A DNA stretch of 63,484 nucleotides, filler included, from Choristocarpus tenellus KU-1152 (taxonomy: Eukaryota > Protista > Phaeophyceae), in NCBI GenBank assembly GCA_964200185.2. It is 7 parts of 7 records of this genome, joined end to end, with 100 filler letters (N's around TTAATTAATTAA, not from the genome) between each part and the next. Parts side by side here need not be neighbours in the genome. Positions count along the whole stretch, not along the records: positions 24,988 to 40,940 come from CAXNAD020000898.1; positions 41,041 to 49,111 come from CAXNAD020005197.1; 5 more parts are not named here. One strand, written 5' to 3'. A model generated the notes under the pieces. It did not search any database and was not told the origin of the DNA. It worked only from the letters and a program-made list of their open reading frames with translations. Position numbers and translations under genes: made by a program. Below, piece after piece: positions 35,382 through 48,612 of this stretch (position 1 is the first letter of the stretch; every line of letters begins with the position of its first letter).

Positions 35382-38300
35382 ATGGAAGGATTGAGAGAGG
35401 TTTGTCGAGACTGGTTTCCTATTTGTAGTGTGGAAAGGAGAATTATCTTTTATTGGCTTGAACACGGATTTCGCCACTACCAACGTTCAATCGGCCCACT
35501 GGCCACAGATATTTTGAGGAGGAGCTTAAAAGCTGGTGAGGCAAGGGCTAGACCTCGTGCACCAATCCTCGGTCAAGGTGGGAGCCGAAGTTGTGGAGTT
35601 AAGGTTGGACGCGGCGATAAAAAGGAGGATGAGGACAAGCAAATTATCGACCAACTAGAAGAGCAGGTGCTAAAGACACTTGTTAAACTTTGATCTGATG
35701 CCATACTTCCAGGAGCAGTGCTGTTGTTGTCTTCCTCCCAATGAAGGATAATAAACAGATGGCTTGAACGACCCTCACGATTGCCATGCCAACGATAGAC
35801 GAAGGCTGCGACAGGGAAAACCTTGAACGGCGAAACTCACCTGGAGACAGAAATCTGTGATGAGAGTGGCCTGCTAATTTGGAGAGGAGAGGCGAAAGGC
35901 CGACCTGTCAGGAGAAGGGGCAGAAACTGTGGCGGACGAATGAAGGCCAAGATCGGGCAATCGCTTGCAGATTCGTGGGAGAGTCTTCGGTTTTTCGGGC
36001 AACACAACGAAGGGAGGCACCTTGGGAGAGCCCTCGGCAACGGGGATGACATCAGCTGTCAGGTATCATGTAATGTATCATCATCTTCAATTCTGTAGAC
36101 CAAAACAAAATGACGACGGTATTTGTTACCGTACTTAGTAGATCCCTTGAACACAAGAACACTGAGTTGCAGTGAGAATTGTTGCTAGGAATACAAGATC
36201 ATCCCTATTCTAATTTTTAACATTCTGCTCTTGCATAGTGTGATCTCTTCTCAATACTGAATCACCATCTAGATGATGGGCTCACCAACTCTCTACTCTT
36301 CCAGTCATTCAATACCCAAGACAGTTTTGTCTCCTCATCATCAGTGGATTCAAAAGAAAATGTATTCTTCCATGTAGTTTCTATACTAACAAAAGCCGCG
36401 TATACAACAGGGTGTTAGGTGATATCTCTATAATCTTTCCAAGAAATTCTCAGATCTCTATCATTCTCTGAATTGGAAAAAGATGAAGGTCGTATTCTAT
36501 CCAGTCAGGTATTGCACTGTTTCGACCGACCAACTACATTTTCACATCCAAGACCTAAAATCTCCTCGCCAATCCTACCTTGCAGTTCCAGTCCCCCGCC
36601 GACAATGTACACTTCGTCAACATCAACTTCGACTGTGAAATGCTGCAGAACCAATATGGTGAGTATGGAGCATCAGGATCGACATGGAAACTCTCTGTCA
36701 TTCCTTTCTCTACTGCCGTCCATTTTCCAGTCTAAGCTCGTTTGCTGGAGAGGATTTTTTAAAAACAGATTCTGTACACCTAGCGTTAAATATGCTCAAC
36801 GTACTCATTAAGGCATTACTTCCATCAAGATACTGATACCTCAGCACACCCTTCAAGGAGAGTTCTGCCTTCTCAAGGTTATGTGCATAATGATGACCTG
36901 GGAACACCTGGCATCATATATGTGTACAACATCGTTTCGGGACAAGTCAAAATCGTTTAATGGTTATACTTTCCTGGCACCACAGGAGGGATGATGGGAC
37001 AGGATAAACCAAAGAGTGGCCGTCCTAGCTTATGTACTGACCTGATCAAGACCCACCATTTGGTGGCACAAATGGATGAACCTTGCAAATTGGGCTAGCT
37101 TTGGAATTTGAATCTGACCTGCATTGCAATTTGGTTGATGTTCTATGATTGATAGCTGTCCCTGCTTCTAGTTGGCAATTTTCCATGGTAGAGTGAGAGC
37201 TTTGCCTACATCTCCTAAGCAGGTGATGATATCACCATGTTCACCGTCCATGAACCAGTGGAGAACATCTCCGGAGGAGTTGATGTGGAAGCCAGCACTG
37301 CTTTCAATATCCCTGAGCTCCCCAGTGGAAATGTCAGTGGAATGATCTTTGATACTGAGTGTGCACAACAGCAGATCAGTCACCTAACTCCTGTGTAGAG
37401 CACTCACAACCTGAAAGTAAACAAGATGAATGCAAAGAGCCAAAGTATCTTAGAGGGTAGAGCAGCGTCCATTTTGGGGCCAAAATCCAATGTTGCGATT
37501 TTGATGTAATTTTGACTGTCGTATTTGTTAGGAAGTGTCAGTATCCTTGTTCTGGACACACCTTTTCATAACGTACACATTTGACCTACTCCGAAACATT
37601 TTGGAGTGGGAAAATATCATAAAAATGAACACAGGAAGCCAACCCCCAAATGGACAAACAGGGCAAAACTCGTACCCTCTAAGATACTTTCAGTCAAACA
37701 CATCCAAAATTGCCTCTCTCCCCCCCCCCTCACCCAACACCTTGATTACTGCTCGTTTCAGTTCCTATGCAAAGTCTCCTTTCTAGATCAACAGACCAGA
37801 AGTTAGATTCCTTTACCGACAGGGTGCTCGAACGGACCTGGGTTTCGAAATTTTTGTAATACTCCAAGAGGTGACATTGAATTGTAATCCCAGGAAGTAG
37901 ATATTGCAATACTCCAAGAGGTGACTGGTCTCACAGGATTATATCAATTCATTCTCCCTACAGAAGTACTTGCAGACAATTATGATGATGGAGCTGTTGC
38001 CTTCTGCTCCATCCCCTCACTCTATTGCTACCACGTTCAAACAAGGTTCTTGTTCTGAACATTCTCAGCACATGGGGAGATCCTTATTATGTGGGTCTCA
38101 TGGGCCTGGATGTTTTTGATGGTAGTGGCCACCGGGTGACACTGGACAGCCTTGGGGGGCAAATTTGGGCAGATCCACCAGACATCAATATTCTCCCCGA
38201 GTGCAGCAATGATCCAAGGTATTGAGACTGGTTCTCACAACACAGCATTTGATGGTCACTTTATGAAACAAATGCCTTAAGGGCCCAAACCTTTGAGCGC

Positions 38301-39929
38301 CTCCTTTGCCTACCTCCTAGTCCTATCCCCTGAATCATAAACATAGCCCTGTGAAACTCAGTCACTCTCCCAGTACCTTTTTTGCTACTGTGGTTGTCCC
38401 CATAAAAGAACTGTGGATAACCTCTTGGATGGACACAACCATACTTGTGATGACCTCCATGCATGGCTGGCACCATTTGCAAGGGGGAGTGACCACCTTG
38501 TGGTGTTGGAGTTCCCTGAGGACGTGGTCATCAGCATGATACGCATCTGGAACTACAACAAGGTAGTGCATCAAGTACTATGAGGTATAATGTGCTCTAC
38601 AAAGCTGTTGATGTCATTCTGGAGATATTGCACTGCTGCCTATAATGCAGAGTACTTTGACTTTTCCTTTTTAAATTCCTGGACAGCTTCACAAGGTGTG
38701 CATCATGAGGATCCATGCACCAGAGACAACAGGTAGTGATGATAACCCCACGAATATAAAAATTAACTTCAAGGACTATTCTGCGTGCAGTATGCACTAG
38801 TAAAACGCATACCAGCCATATAGTTTCTCCTCATTTTTTCTCCTCCTTCTGACACCTTGCAATGTGGGTCAATCAACAGTCTCGTATCCACAGTTACCGA
38901 GGTGCTCGTTATGTTGAGATCTCACTTGGTGGCAGGAACATTTTCCGTGGGGAGATACGTCGAGCAACAGGGGCAGTGATCGATGTAGAGAGTAGCTCAG
39001 AGTGTATCCTGTTTACGACCAATGATACTATCCTACAGGTGAGGAGAACAGGATGGTGTGCATTGAAATCGGAACAAGAAGTCCCTTGCTACATCAATGG
39101 AACATGTAGCAATGCACTCTTCTGCACATTCTTGCTGAATAATGATACAGATATCATTTTAGGCGAGTAAGGCATGTTCTGCTGTACTTGTGTGACATTT
39201 GTGAGCACGAGAACACACCAATTACTATAAAACTTCCTGCCGTCCTGAATAAAACATCTCTATATTCTCTGGTCACGGTTTTGTGCGTATGTGCGTGCTT
39301 TTTTTCATTTGAGGCACTGTTTTTCATATACATCCTCCTCCTCTCTGTACTTGATATTAAGAGCATGTAGCCTCATATGATTTTAGGATTATTCAATGTT
39401 TGTATCTGGAGGGAAGGAATTGTTACAGGCAGTTACTGGAGGGGTGAGTTATTAATTCCTACCCTGCACATGTGCCAACTGGAGATGTGTGGGTCATGCT
39501 GTGGTGCATGGTAATGTGGGCAATTCAAACATAGGGATGACATTAGGCACCACCCATAGGAAGGTCCTGACCACTCTTTCTTTGTTTCTCCTGTGACTGC
39601 TCATGAGAGCTCTACTGGCAGACCACATCGATATTTTGTATACAATGGATTGATGGCCTGTTCCCTGCCCCCTCCACAAGATCATTGAGAAATATGATCG
39701 ATGTTTACACCCTACCCTCCAAGTGTCCCGAGGAGATTCACCTCCTCTGCCAGTCCTTGGTAAGGGGCAGGAGAGGGGCATTGCTGTGAATACCTGGACA
39801 CATGGAGGAGCAGGGCTACAAAGACCATCAACTGCATGTGGAGAGCGTAGCTGGACCAAAGGGAAAACAGGAGGTAGCAGTAGGAATCTGGGCAAGGGTC
39901 AACAAACAGGGAGATGTAATTCAGAACAG
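35382..39929 (+). CDS. KATNIP: Katanin-interacting protein (KIAA0556/DUF4457 family) homologue, 3' truncated
   Basis: Exons 38046-38218, 38409-38562 and 38880-39038 splice to LVLNILSTWGDPYYVGLMGLDVFD...ADPPDINILP...DPRTVDNLLDGHNHTCDDLHAWLAPF...MIRIWNYNKSRIHSYRGAR, the KATNIP domain signature. Upstream exons are 35382-35666 and 35799-36062 (SLADSWESLRFF), and a downstream exon is 39681-39929. Exons between 36062 and 38046 are unresolved. Confidence 0.9.
37437..37695 (+). mobile_element. MITE family A copy (KATNIP intron)
   Basis: GAGCCAAAGTATCTTAGAGGGTA / TACCCTCTAAGATACTTTCAGTC with AAA...AAA flanks. Confidence 0.94.
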
Positions 39930-40748
39930 GTGTTTATGGGTGGTGCATATTGGTAGGACAGACACTGGAAACGGTAGCCTGAAGGTCTGGTGCCTATTTG
40001 TTTACTTTCAGAGTTTGATCCTATGAGTGGGTGGTGTTGAAATTTATTTGAGATGTCGCTTCATATCCAGAAAAGGACTTGTGGGGGGGATATATCATGT
40101 TGTAGTTGAGTGCAAACCATGAATTGTGTGCCCCCCCCACATATTCTCTATTTTGATCTGATGTTTCATTCCTAGAGGAAAAGTGGCCTTAGGTATTGAG
40201 TTATCTCCCCTCACTCTCATCTTCTACGCATTGGACTTGATTGATGCTTGACTGTTTCATTCATGTTTGACATGTTCCTCTTCCTCCTGCTTTTTAAATC
40301 TTACTCCTCTGATTATTGCAGCAGCGACAGCAGCAACTCATGAGGATGAACACTGTTACTGGGAGAGTAGAGGGAGCAGGTAGCTGAACCCTTGGCAACA
40401 TTGCAAGAGATGAATGTCTGGTCAATGATACAAGCACTGACAATGGCTTAGGGGAAATTGGGTGGTTGTGCAGGTTTTCCTTCCCTCTAGGAAGTATTCT
40501 TGTACTTGGGCATGCCCTTCATTTGACCTTGTGTGTGTGTATGGATTTATCATTCCAGCCTCGTCAAATTCTCTCCTTATCAGAATCAATATTGAGATAT
40601 GAAGTCGTTTAATCTGACTGACTCAAGTGTATCCAAGCTTGCTGTGCATAGTCACAGACCAGGAGACCCCTTCTTGCAATGACCACTAATTCTCTTGATT
40701 GTTGAAATTGACTCATCATCCCATTTCTGCTCAATTTATCTTATGCAA

Positions 40749-40890
40749 GGCTCAAAGTATCTGGGTGGGGGTATCGCGATTTTCGGGTGATTTGGTTGCA
40801 TACATCAGATGGATAATGTAAATGCACTTTTCCTGATTTTGGGCCAAATGGACACTCTGGTGTAGACCCCGCCCCACCCCCCCCCCACCA
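40749..40890 (+). mobile_element. MITE family B copy with internal deletion; right TIR lost in poly-C near the contig end
   Basis: GGCTCAAAGTATCTGGG...GTGATTTGGTTGCATACATCAGATGG...CTGGTGTAGACCCC. Confidence 0.85.
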
Positions 40891-40940
40891 TCCCCTCCCA
40901 TCCTCCACCCTCCCCTCTCCACCACCAAATAATATTATAT

Positions 40941-41040
40941 NNNNNNNNNNNNNNNNNNNNNNNNNNNNNNNNNNNNNNNNNNNNTTAATTAATTAANNNN
41001 NNNNNNNNNNNNNNNNNNNNNNNNNNNNNNNNNNNNNNNN
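40941..41040. other. Artificial contig-joining linker
   Basis: Same 100-bp cassette. Confidence 0.98.
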
Positions 41041-41184
41041 AACCCTAACCCTAACCCTAACCCTAACCCTAACCCTAACCCTAACCCTAACCCTAACCCT
41101 AACCCTAACCCTAACCCCAACCCTAACCCTAACCCTAACACTAACACTAACACTAACACTAACACTAACACTAACACTAACACT
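41041..41184. repeat. Telomere-type array: 16 x AACCCT (one unit AACCCC) followed by 8 x variant AACACT
   Basis: Read directly from the sequence. The C-rich strand lies at the 5' start of the contig. Confidence 0.95.
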
Positions 41185-41740
41185 AGTCATAGCCTTAGTA
41201 GATACACTTCTCCAGTACCTAGCAGTGATGCAATGCAAGATTCTATCCTGACCCGTGTTCACAGGTACTATTACTACTCACTGATCTGTGGACCAACTAC
41301 TGGGACCGTTAGTTGCACTACAAGTGATTCTACAGCCTTTGTCGGTGCCTTGCTTCTTATGCATTGGGTTGAGCACTCCCACTCACTGGTCATCACTATG
41401 TCTCTTCCCTCGAATCTTCTCTTGGACCCACCTCGAAGTTATCTTCTCGGTCTTGTTCCGGTGTCCTTTTTGGTAAAGACACAGGCAACATACCACAGGT
41501 GTGTATAATCCGTTGTCCTTCCCACACATGATTGGATTATCGAAACCATATTGCAGTGAAATGAAGTCTGGCGTCGATGGGATTTTCATCCCAAAATTCA
41601 TAGGGTTGTCAATTATCTTGATCACTAGATACAACGATATTGATACTGGATCAAAATTCCTCCGATACGATATCAATACCTTCACCATATCACTTATACA
41701 TCAACAACATGATTTCCTTTTCCAACATTTTTTGGGAAGT

Positions 41741-44700
41741 ATGTCTGAACGAACCTTGGACATCGTGGTGCTTGGGGCCACAGGGTTCACTGGGTAAGAT
41801 GCTACTTACCGGCTAAAAAGGCGGAGCTCCTCTAAAATTGGAATTTATTCTTCTCCATGAACCATGTGCATTATCATTACATTCGTTCTGGCAGTGAACA
41901 CGTCGATCTCTTGTCTCTTGTTCCCTATCTCGTCAGGTCTGAAGTGTGCCTCCATCTGGCACGCTCAATTCACCATGGACAGTGGAACGGGATATCCTGG
42001 GGAATTGCAGGGCGAAGTCAGGAGAGGATGGAGGAGAAGGTCTGGTTGAAGTTCACAGGACACGATAGACCAAAAGTTTTGGTGCTTGACTGATGGACGG
42101 GTGCGGACGGGAGTCACTCACCTCTGTCGTTGTTGCTTTGCTTGCGAATATCTCTACCGCCATTTCCCCGAGGAGATTTGTTGAACTGCCGTCTTTGTTG
42201 TGTTGCACCTGCCGCACCCTTGAATTTAACACCTTTTCTACCGTTACTAGGTCCCCTGTTCTGTTGGTGGGTCCTTCTTCGTGACCCTATTTTCCTTGAC
42301 CCTCTTGCCCTCATGTTGTTTGTCGAATTGACTTGAACTATCATGACTTCAGCACTTAATTATAGTCATGGAACTGTTTGATTGTCGGAATCTCGATGCC
42401 GTCAAGCACTCCAAACTGCAAAGGAGGGTGGCAAATTTATTGCTCCTTCGCCTGCTGACTATCCTGTTGTAACTTGGTTCAACCATCGTAGATGTATACT
42501 GCCCAAACTTCAGACATTTTTTGCTTCCTCTGGAAATTAACCGACATATTCCGGAAGGTTCGAGCCCAAACATGCCCTCGGTCACTATTCATGTGTCACC
42601 TGGGGACACAGGTGCTGTCACGTTTGCGCAACGAAGGTCTTCCAACACCTTCTGAGATATTCTGCGTGGATAATGCGGATAGGGATGCCTTAAGGGCGTG
42701 TCTATCCCGGTCCCGTTTGTGCCTTAACTGCACTGGACCTTACCGCTTCCTTGGAGAGTCTGTGGTGCACGCCTGTATTGATGTGGGGTGAGCAATGTTG
42801 CAATTTAGTTTGCATATGACTCGTGTGCGCTTCAACTGGTGGGAGAGTGCATTCTTGCAGGGGCATGTACTCAATTTTTTTTGCATGGTTTATTTTGATC
42901 TTAGTGTGACCTTGTGCCGCATTATCTAACCACTTTCTTTTCCATGGATGGTGTGTTGGTGCAGTGTTGACTACATCGATCTGTGTGGTGAGCCAGAGTT
43001 CATGCAGCGCATGGTCCTGAAGTACCGCAATCAAGCAGAGGCAAAGCAAGTCCTCATCATGCATGCATGTGCATTTGGTGAGTCGCTGCTCTTAGACTGT
43101 GTTTGATCACTGGGATACGGGCAGTTGTGGTACTGTACTCAATCATTTGAACATACACTCAGTACCATGCACTAGTACAGTACCATGTACTAGCACTAAA
43201 TTAGTACAAGATAGAGTAATATACTCTGTGTTACTTACTGTACTACTATATTATTGTTGTAATAGCAGAATTAACACCAGTCCTGCAAGTTAGTCAAATC
43301 TTCAACAAGTTCTGCTTCTCAAAGGCATTAGCTTGTCCATTCACTCTTATGTTCCACACTGCTCATTGTATAGTGCATAGTGTATGGAGTGTATAGAATG
43401 TATATTGGCTCATATTGCTCCATCTCTTTGAAGTAAGTTGTGCGAAAAGTTACTTCAAAGGTGCATGAGTTCAAATTAGTGCTACGTGGTACATGAGTTG
43501 AAGTCAGTGCCTGATAAGGAAGTACTCCATGGTACAGTATACATACTGTTCATGACCAGGTCAAAGATTCTGTTTTGTACACAAGGTTGATCAATTTAAT
43601 GTGAAACCAAATGACCTAGATTTTGATCCAGAATATTCAGCTGCATTTAACCTGTTCCAGGTGGCAGAGTGCTTCATGTTTGGCTCTGGAACTTTAGTCA
43701 TGCCTCATTCATTTCACAAGTTACCTCTGAACTTACTCTTTGGTTTGTATGTTAGGGTTAGGGTTCTGAGAGCTAGTCCAGATCGAGCTCCTTGCAATTC
43801 ATAGTTGCAAGCACTCCCCTCTTGAAGGTTTAGGGTTAGGGTTAAGTTAGGGTTGAGACTCGTACCTACCTTTCCTAACCCTAACCATGTTTGGACATGG
43901 TTGGACACGACTGACAGCGACATGTCACCCTAACCCTAACCCTTACTTCTTATTCATAGTGCCTATTGTTTACATGTTACTGCTTGTTTAATTGATACTA
44001 GCATCCTTTTCCCCCTCCCATCATCCTTCAGTTTTCTTCTTCCGTTTCAGGTTTAGGGTTAGGGTTAGGGTTAGGGATGACAATTTAAAGGTGGTAGAGT
44101 TAGGGTTTGGGTTGCATACTACTTGGTATGTAAGGATATTTCTTCATCAAATTTGCTACATGGATGTAAGAACTGAACATTTGGCAGCAGGATGTATAGG
44201 AGGGAAGCAATATTGTAATGAGTATTGTTATCAAGTATTCAAAGTAGTCCAATTGTTAAGTCTTGCACTTTCTCAGTCAACAACCCTAACCCTAACTGAC
44301 CTCTATGATGCATGTTGTGTGATGTATCTACTATGGACAACAACCCTAACCCTTTGTGCACAATGGTGTCACGATAATCCTAACCCTAACCCTTGGGACT
44401 TATTGTTTCCATCCACAATGGAGGAATGGATCCACTGTGTAGTATTGTGAGTACTTGGGAAATGATTTTTTTATTCAAGTAGCATTTATTGTTTTGCTGT
44501 GAGATATGTATTCTTAAACACCAGTTACAACAATCAGGCCAAGATTAATTTAAATATTTACCACAAGCAATCTCTATTTTTGGGGGTTGGTTAGGGTTAG
44601 GGTTATTGCCATTGTAATTTGAGATAGTATTTCCAAGTCCTGAAGCATTTCGAGGTGGTCAATAACCTTAAGTGGGTTTGCTCTGGTAGCAAATGGTACA

Positions 44701-47700
44701 TGCTGGCTATCTTCTTCCATCCAACACTATCACTGACCATAGACTCCATCACGCCTTCACTTTTTGAAGATTCTGTGCCTGCAGACCTTGGTTCAATATA
44801 TGCGGCTAGGCAGTTTAAGTTACCAAGTACTTGTTCTTCAGTGGCATCATACCTCACTATTAACACAGGTTCAGCTGGGTGAGTACTATTGCAGGTACTA
44901 CTATTTGCTCATAGTTAATGATGCATGATAGTTAATACGTAATAGTTAATACGTGATCTTGTGTGTTCAGACATTCTGTTGAACGACAAAATGGCTTCCT
45001 CCTTTTTCAGTTGAGATAAACCCTGACAGTCACAGGCCTGCCCTAGAAGATTGCTAATGTATAATAATTGATATTTTTGATATCTTATTTGCCCACACAG
45101 ATACCCTAACCCTAACCTCATCCCGCAATAGTCTCTCTATAATAGGACTGAATTATTTGGTAAACATTGGAAGTGAGTTGGTAGGATGGTCTCTACTACT
45201 ACTCCCACTGACAGTCATCTAGGACAACCCTACTTCCAGAAGTCGAAATGTCTTGATCAGGATAGAGTTGACAAGTCATGAAAATTAGACTGTTCTCAGA
45301 ATATTCTCCAGAACACCCGAAATCTCATTTCTTGAAAGGAAGAGTTAAATGTCAAACTCCTACTTTATTTCATCATGTATCTGGTGCTTCCATCATCAGT
45401 ACAAGTCTTTGGGTTAGGGCTAGTATCACCAAATACAAACATTGTGTAGATGCTGTCTAACCCTAACCCTAACCCTACCAATTGGAAGAAGTTCAATGCG
45501 TTTTGGAAGAGGCAGTTCATGTCTCACCTCTTTCATTCAAGTTTTTTTTGTAGATCATGTGAAAAATAAAAGTATATAGAGAATATAGCATAATAATAAT
45601 AATAATAATAATTGACTTAAGAACTTACTGTTCTTTTGTAGCTGAGGGATTCAGTCCTGAGAGTAAGGTCACCTCTGCCTTCAAAACCTAACCCTAACCT
45701 TCACCTTTACTTACACACTAAGGGTTAGGGTTAGACTGACTTGTAGACTGCCGCCTGCATGTTGAGTTTGTCTTGTTCTCCTTTTGGTATGGTCTTGTTC
45801 ATTGAGCTACAGTCTGTTGTATATTTTGACTCTAAATTGATAAGGCAGGACTATTGAATGTTTTAATTGAAAAAAGAATAGGTTTAGGGTTAGGGTTAGA
45901 GTGGTGTTGTTAGCGATGCCATCTTCTCTTTTCTTCATGAAGGTAGTAACTTACAGAATTTTGACCAAGCCTGGTTCACGTCTTATTCTTTTTCTACAGA
46001 TCCAACCTTAACCCTTCTTGTCGACCTTTTTGTTTTGCAGTCAGGAGCTTGTTGATTGAAACCTTGACCTTTGTTTTGTTGACTGTTGTAACAACGGTGA
46101 GACAAGAGTGAGAGGTTAGGGTTAGGGTTAGACAAGGTACTGCTTGTGTGTGAGAGGGTTGTGTGGAGAGAGAGCAGTACAAGGATTGTGTTGTACTCTA
46201 AGTGGAATATAAAATGTGAGATTGTTAAAGGAAACATTATCTCCTTTGCTCTTAATCTCATGCAGTCAGAGCTAATCCCACTTTTGAGTTGCATGATGTC
46301 CCCCAACATGTTGTAAACAGTTGAAGAAGAAAGATGTGACCTGATTTGTTCTTGATGCAAGCAATACTAGTACTAGCCCTAACTCTAACTGGACATACAC
46401 CTTGTATGTTTACTTCCTTAGATTGAGATGAATACTCCTTGCTTGTCCCATGTGTACAACCATCCGTAGATTGGTGGGACATGCCACAACCTTTGAAGCT
46501 GCTGTGTATGGATTTGGCTCAGCCTCAGAGCTTAGATCCATTAGGAAAGAGGTCCAGGCAAAATATCCCCCAGCTGAGGTGAGGTGGGAGGAGATGCTGT
46601 AAGGCGGGGTGTTCAACCTCCAACACTGACATTCTATTTCCTTTTTTAGGCAGGGTTAGGGTTAGGGGGTCATGGGTGTGACACACTTGATGCTCTAGGT
46701 CTGTACTGCACAGAACAACTCCCTGTTCTTGAGCAGTTATCAAGTCATTATTTTTTAGTGTTTTAGTGTAAAATAGTTGGAGTAAGGGTTAGGGATAGTA
46801 TAGTCAATATCGCTTAGGACTTGCAGGTAACATGAGTTCAACACACTTCTCTCACTTCGTTTCACATGCTATATCTTGTGGAATGCCACATACGACCTGT
46901 AACCCTCAATTCGGTACATTGGCAATCTTTTTCCGTCCTTACCCAACACATGTGTTGCTCCTGCTCTACCTGTACCTTTTATAGCACATAGTCTCTTTGC
47001 CTGCTTTATCTGTTGAAGGTTCGTTTTTGCTTGAATGCTGTTTGTTTTTAGTGGGGTATAATGTAGTGTGGTGTGGTGTAGTGTAGCAGGAACGCATCTG
47101 TTAGTAACGGTAACCCTTGTTGGTGACAGAATGAAAATCACTACTAATCTTACTACTACTAGTGTGTGTAGTAGTATTATTGTAATGAGGTGATTGAGTT
47201 AGGATTAGGGTTGGGGTTGGATCTATGTGATTGGTTTGACCCGATTGTATCTCTTGGTGTTAGGGTTGCATGTGGTATTGGTGTACTATCAATTACACAC
47301 ACATCAAATTAAACATATCCATATTGGTGTGATTAGGGTTAGGGTTCAACCTATTACGTCTATGGTTAAGGTGATCATTAGAGGTTGGTCTTGAGTAGCC
47401 TGCAGGGGAAATGTTTGCTCTACATCATGAGTCCTTACATTGTGGAGGATTTGTTAAATAGGGTTACCTTTCTTGATATGCACTAGTTATTGCCCTATTG
47501 GCCAAAGTGTTGAAACATTCATTTTTTTGCTGTATCTAGGGTTAGGGTTAGGGTTAGTCTTGCCTTGTCTTGCAGTACTGCAAAAGATTGCTTATGGAAG
47601 TTAAGATGCTTTGAAATGTTTGTATCGCCTCACTTGTATTGGGTTGTGTCCCCATATGTTGTAGCTCTGCAGTTTAGTTCCTTTCAAACTCCGCCTGTGT

Positions 47701-48169
47701 CCTTTCAAGCACCATCACGCTACCCTCTGGCTCCTCAAGCAGTCCTCTTGATTGTTTTGCTTGCACCTGTTCCATATACATACATAACACATACATAAAT
47801 GGATACATGCAACAGAGCTGTCACAATAATGTGTTTTGATTCAAAACACACTTAACACCTCTAACACGATGGAGTCTAGTAACAGGGATGGTTCAGAAAT
47901 GGTTAAGAAACACTGGCCAACTGGTATGCATTTACTTAACCCCTCTTGTCTTTTTTTGTCCTCCCTAACCCTAACCCTAACACTGTATTTATGCCTCATG
48001 TCGATGACGATTGTGTTTACAGATTCCTCGTGTGGGCAATCGTCCGGTTGACAAAGCAGGTCCTTTTTATGAGGATCACAATGCGGTACAATCATTCTCC
48101 TTCAAGTTTCCAGGGGCAGATGCTTCTGTTGTGAGATCGACACAGAATGGTCTTGCTGAGAGAGGACAG
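41741..48169 (+). CDS. SCCPDH: Saccharopine dehydrogenase-like oxidoreductase, 3' truncated
   Basis: Phase-compatible exons: 41741-41793, 41937-42039, 42612-42787, 42965-43077, 44770-44878, 46470-46578, 48023-48169. Motifs include DIVVLGATGFTG, WGIAGRS, NCTGPYRFLGESVVHAC, DYIDLCGEPEF, ACAFDSVPADLG and FPGADASVVRSTQ. Confidence 0.93.
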
Positions 48170-48612
48170 GTATGAGGATGAAATGTTAAGTGTTAGAATG
48201 GTTGAATTTTCTTCTCATTCTATGAGTATTTAGCATTTTTAATTGTGCATGATGATTGATGTCAAGCAAATTTATTAACATGTGTTTGGTTGGGAATACA
48301 GTATTGTAAGTTTAGTAAAGCTGAGAGAGAGATGGTGACACAGGTGTGGACTATGCTATTTGTCTTGTAATAGCAATGGTGAGGAGTCTGTTGTTCTAAT
48401 ACAACCCCCTCAATCACCCATTGATCTTGGGTTTTGTTAGGAGATTACGGCACTCACTATGAATAGTGGGTGTTTCAGTTTTTTTACTGCAGGGCTGTGT
48501 GTTCTTCAGAGTTGGTGCCTATCTTGATCTAACTCAAGTGCTAATATTATCATTTTGTTGTGCGTTTATAGTATGCTGGTTGTGTTGTTCTTTCTATCAT
48601 TAGGGTTAGGGT
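43751..48612. repeat. Cluster of ~25 short interstitial TTAGGG/CCCTAA tracts (2-4 units, both orientations) in SCCPDH introns
   Basis: Tracts near 43751, 43830, 43874, 43927, 44053, 44282, 44342, 44379, 44589, 45103, 45457, 45685, 45721, 45884, 46113, 46652, 47333, 47538, 47963 and 48600, plus several degenerate ones. Confidence 0.9.

Noticed and set aside
22123-39929. Apparent clustering of centriole/cilium genes (SPICE1-like, KATNIP) and of F-box/WD40/RING ubiquitin genes
   Set aside because: Adjacency across linkers carries no biological information. Only neighbours within a contig are real.
40989-41262. LVLV/GLGL/VRVR ORFs
   Set aside because: They are translations of the telomeric array plus linker Ns.
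41290-41690. Possible divergent minus-strand gene start upstream of SCCPDH (MVKVL...GLYTPV|GTATGT)
   Set aside because: I could not build a consistent next exon or recognise a domain. If real, it would make the 41041 array intronic rather than terminal.
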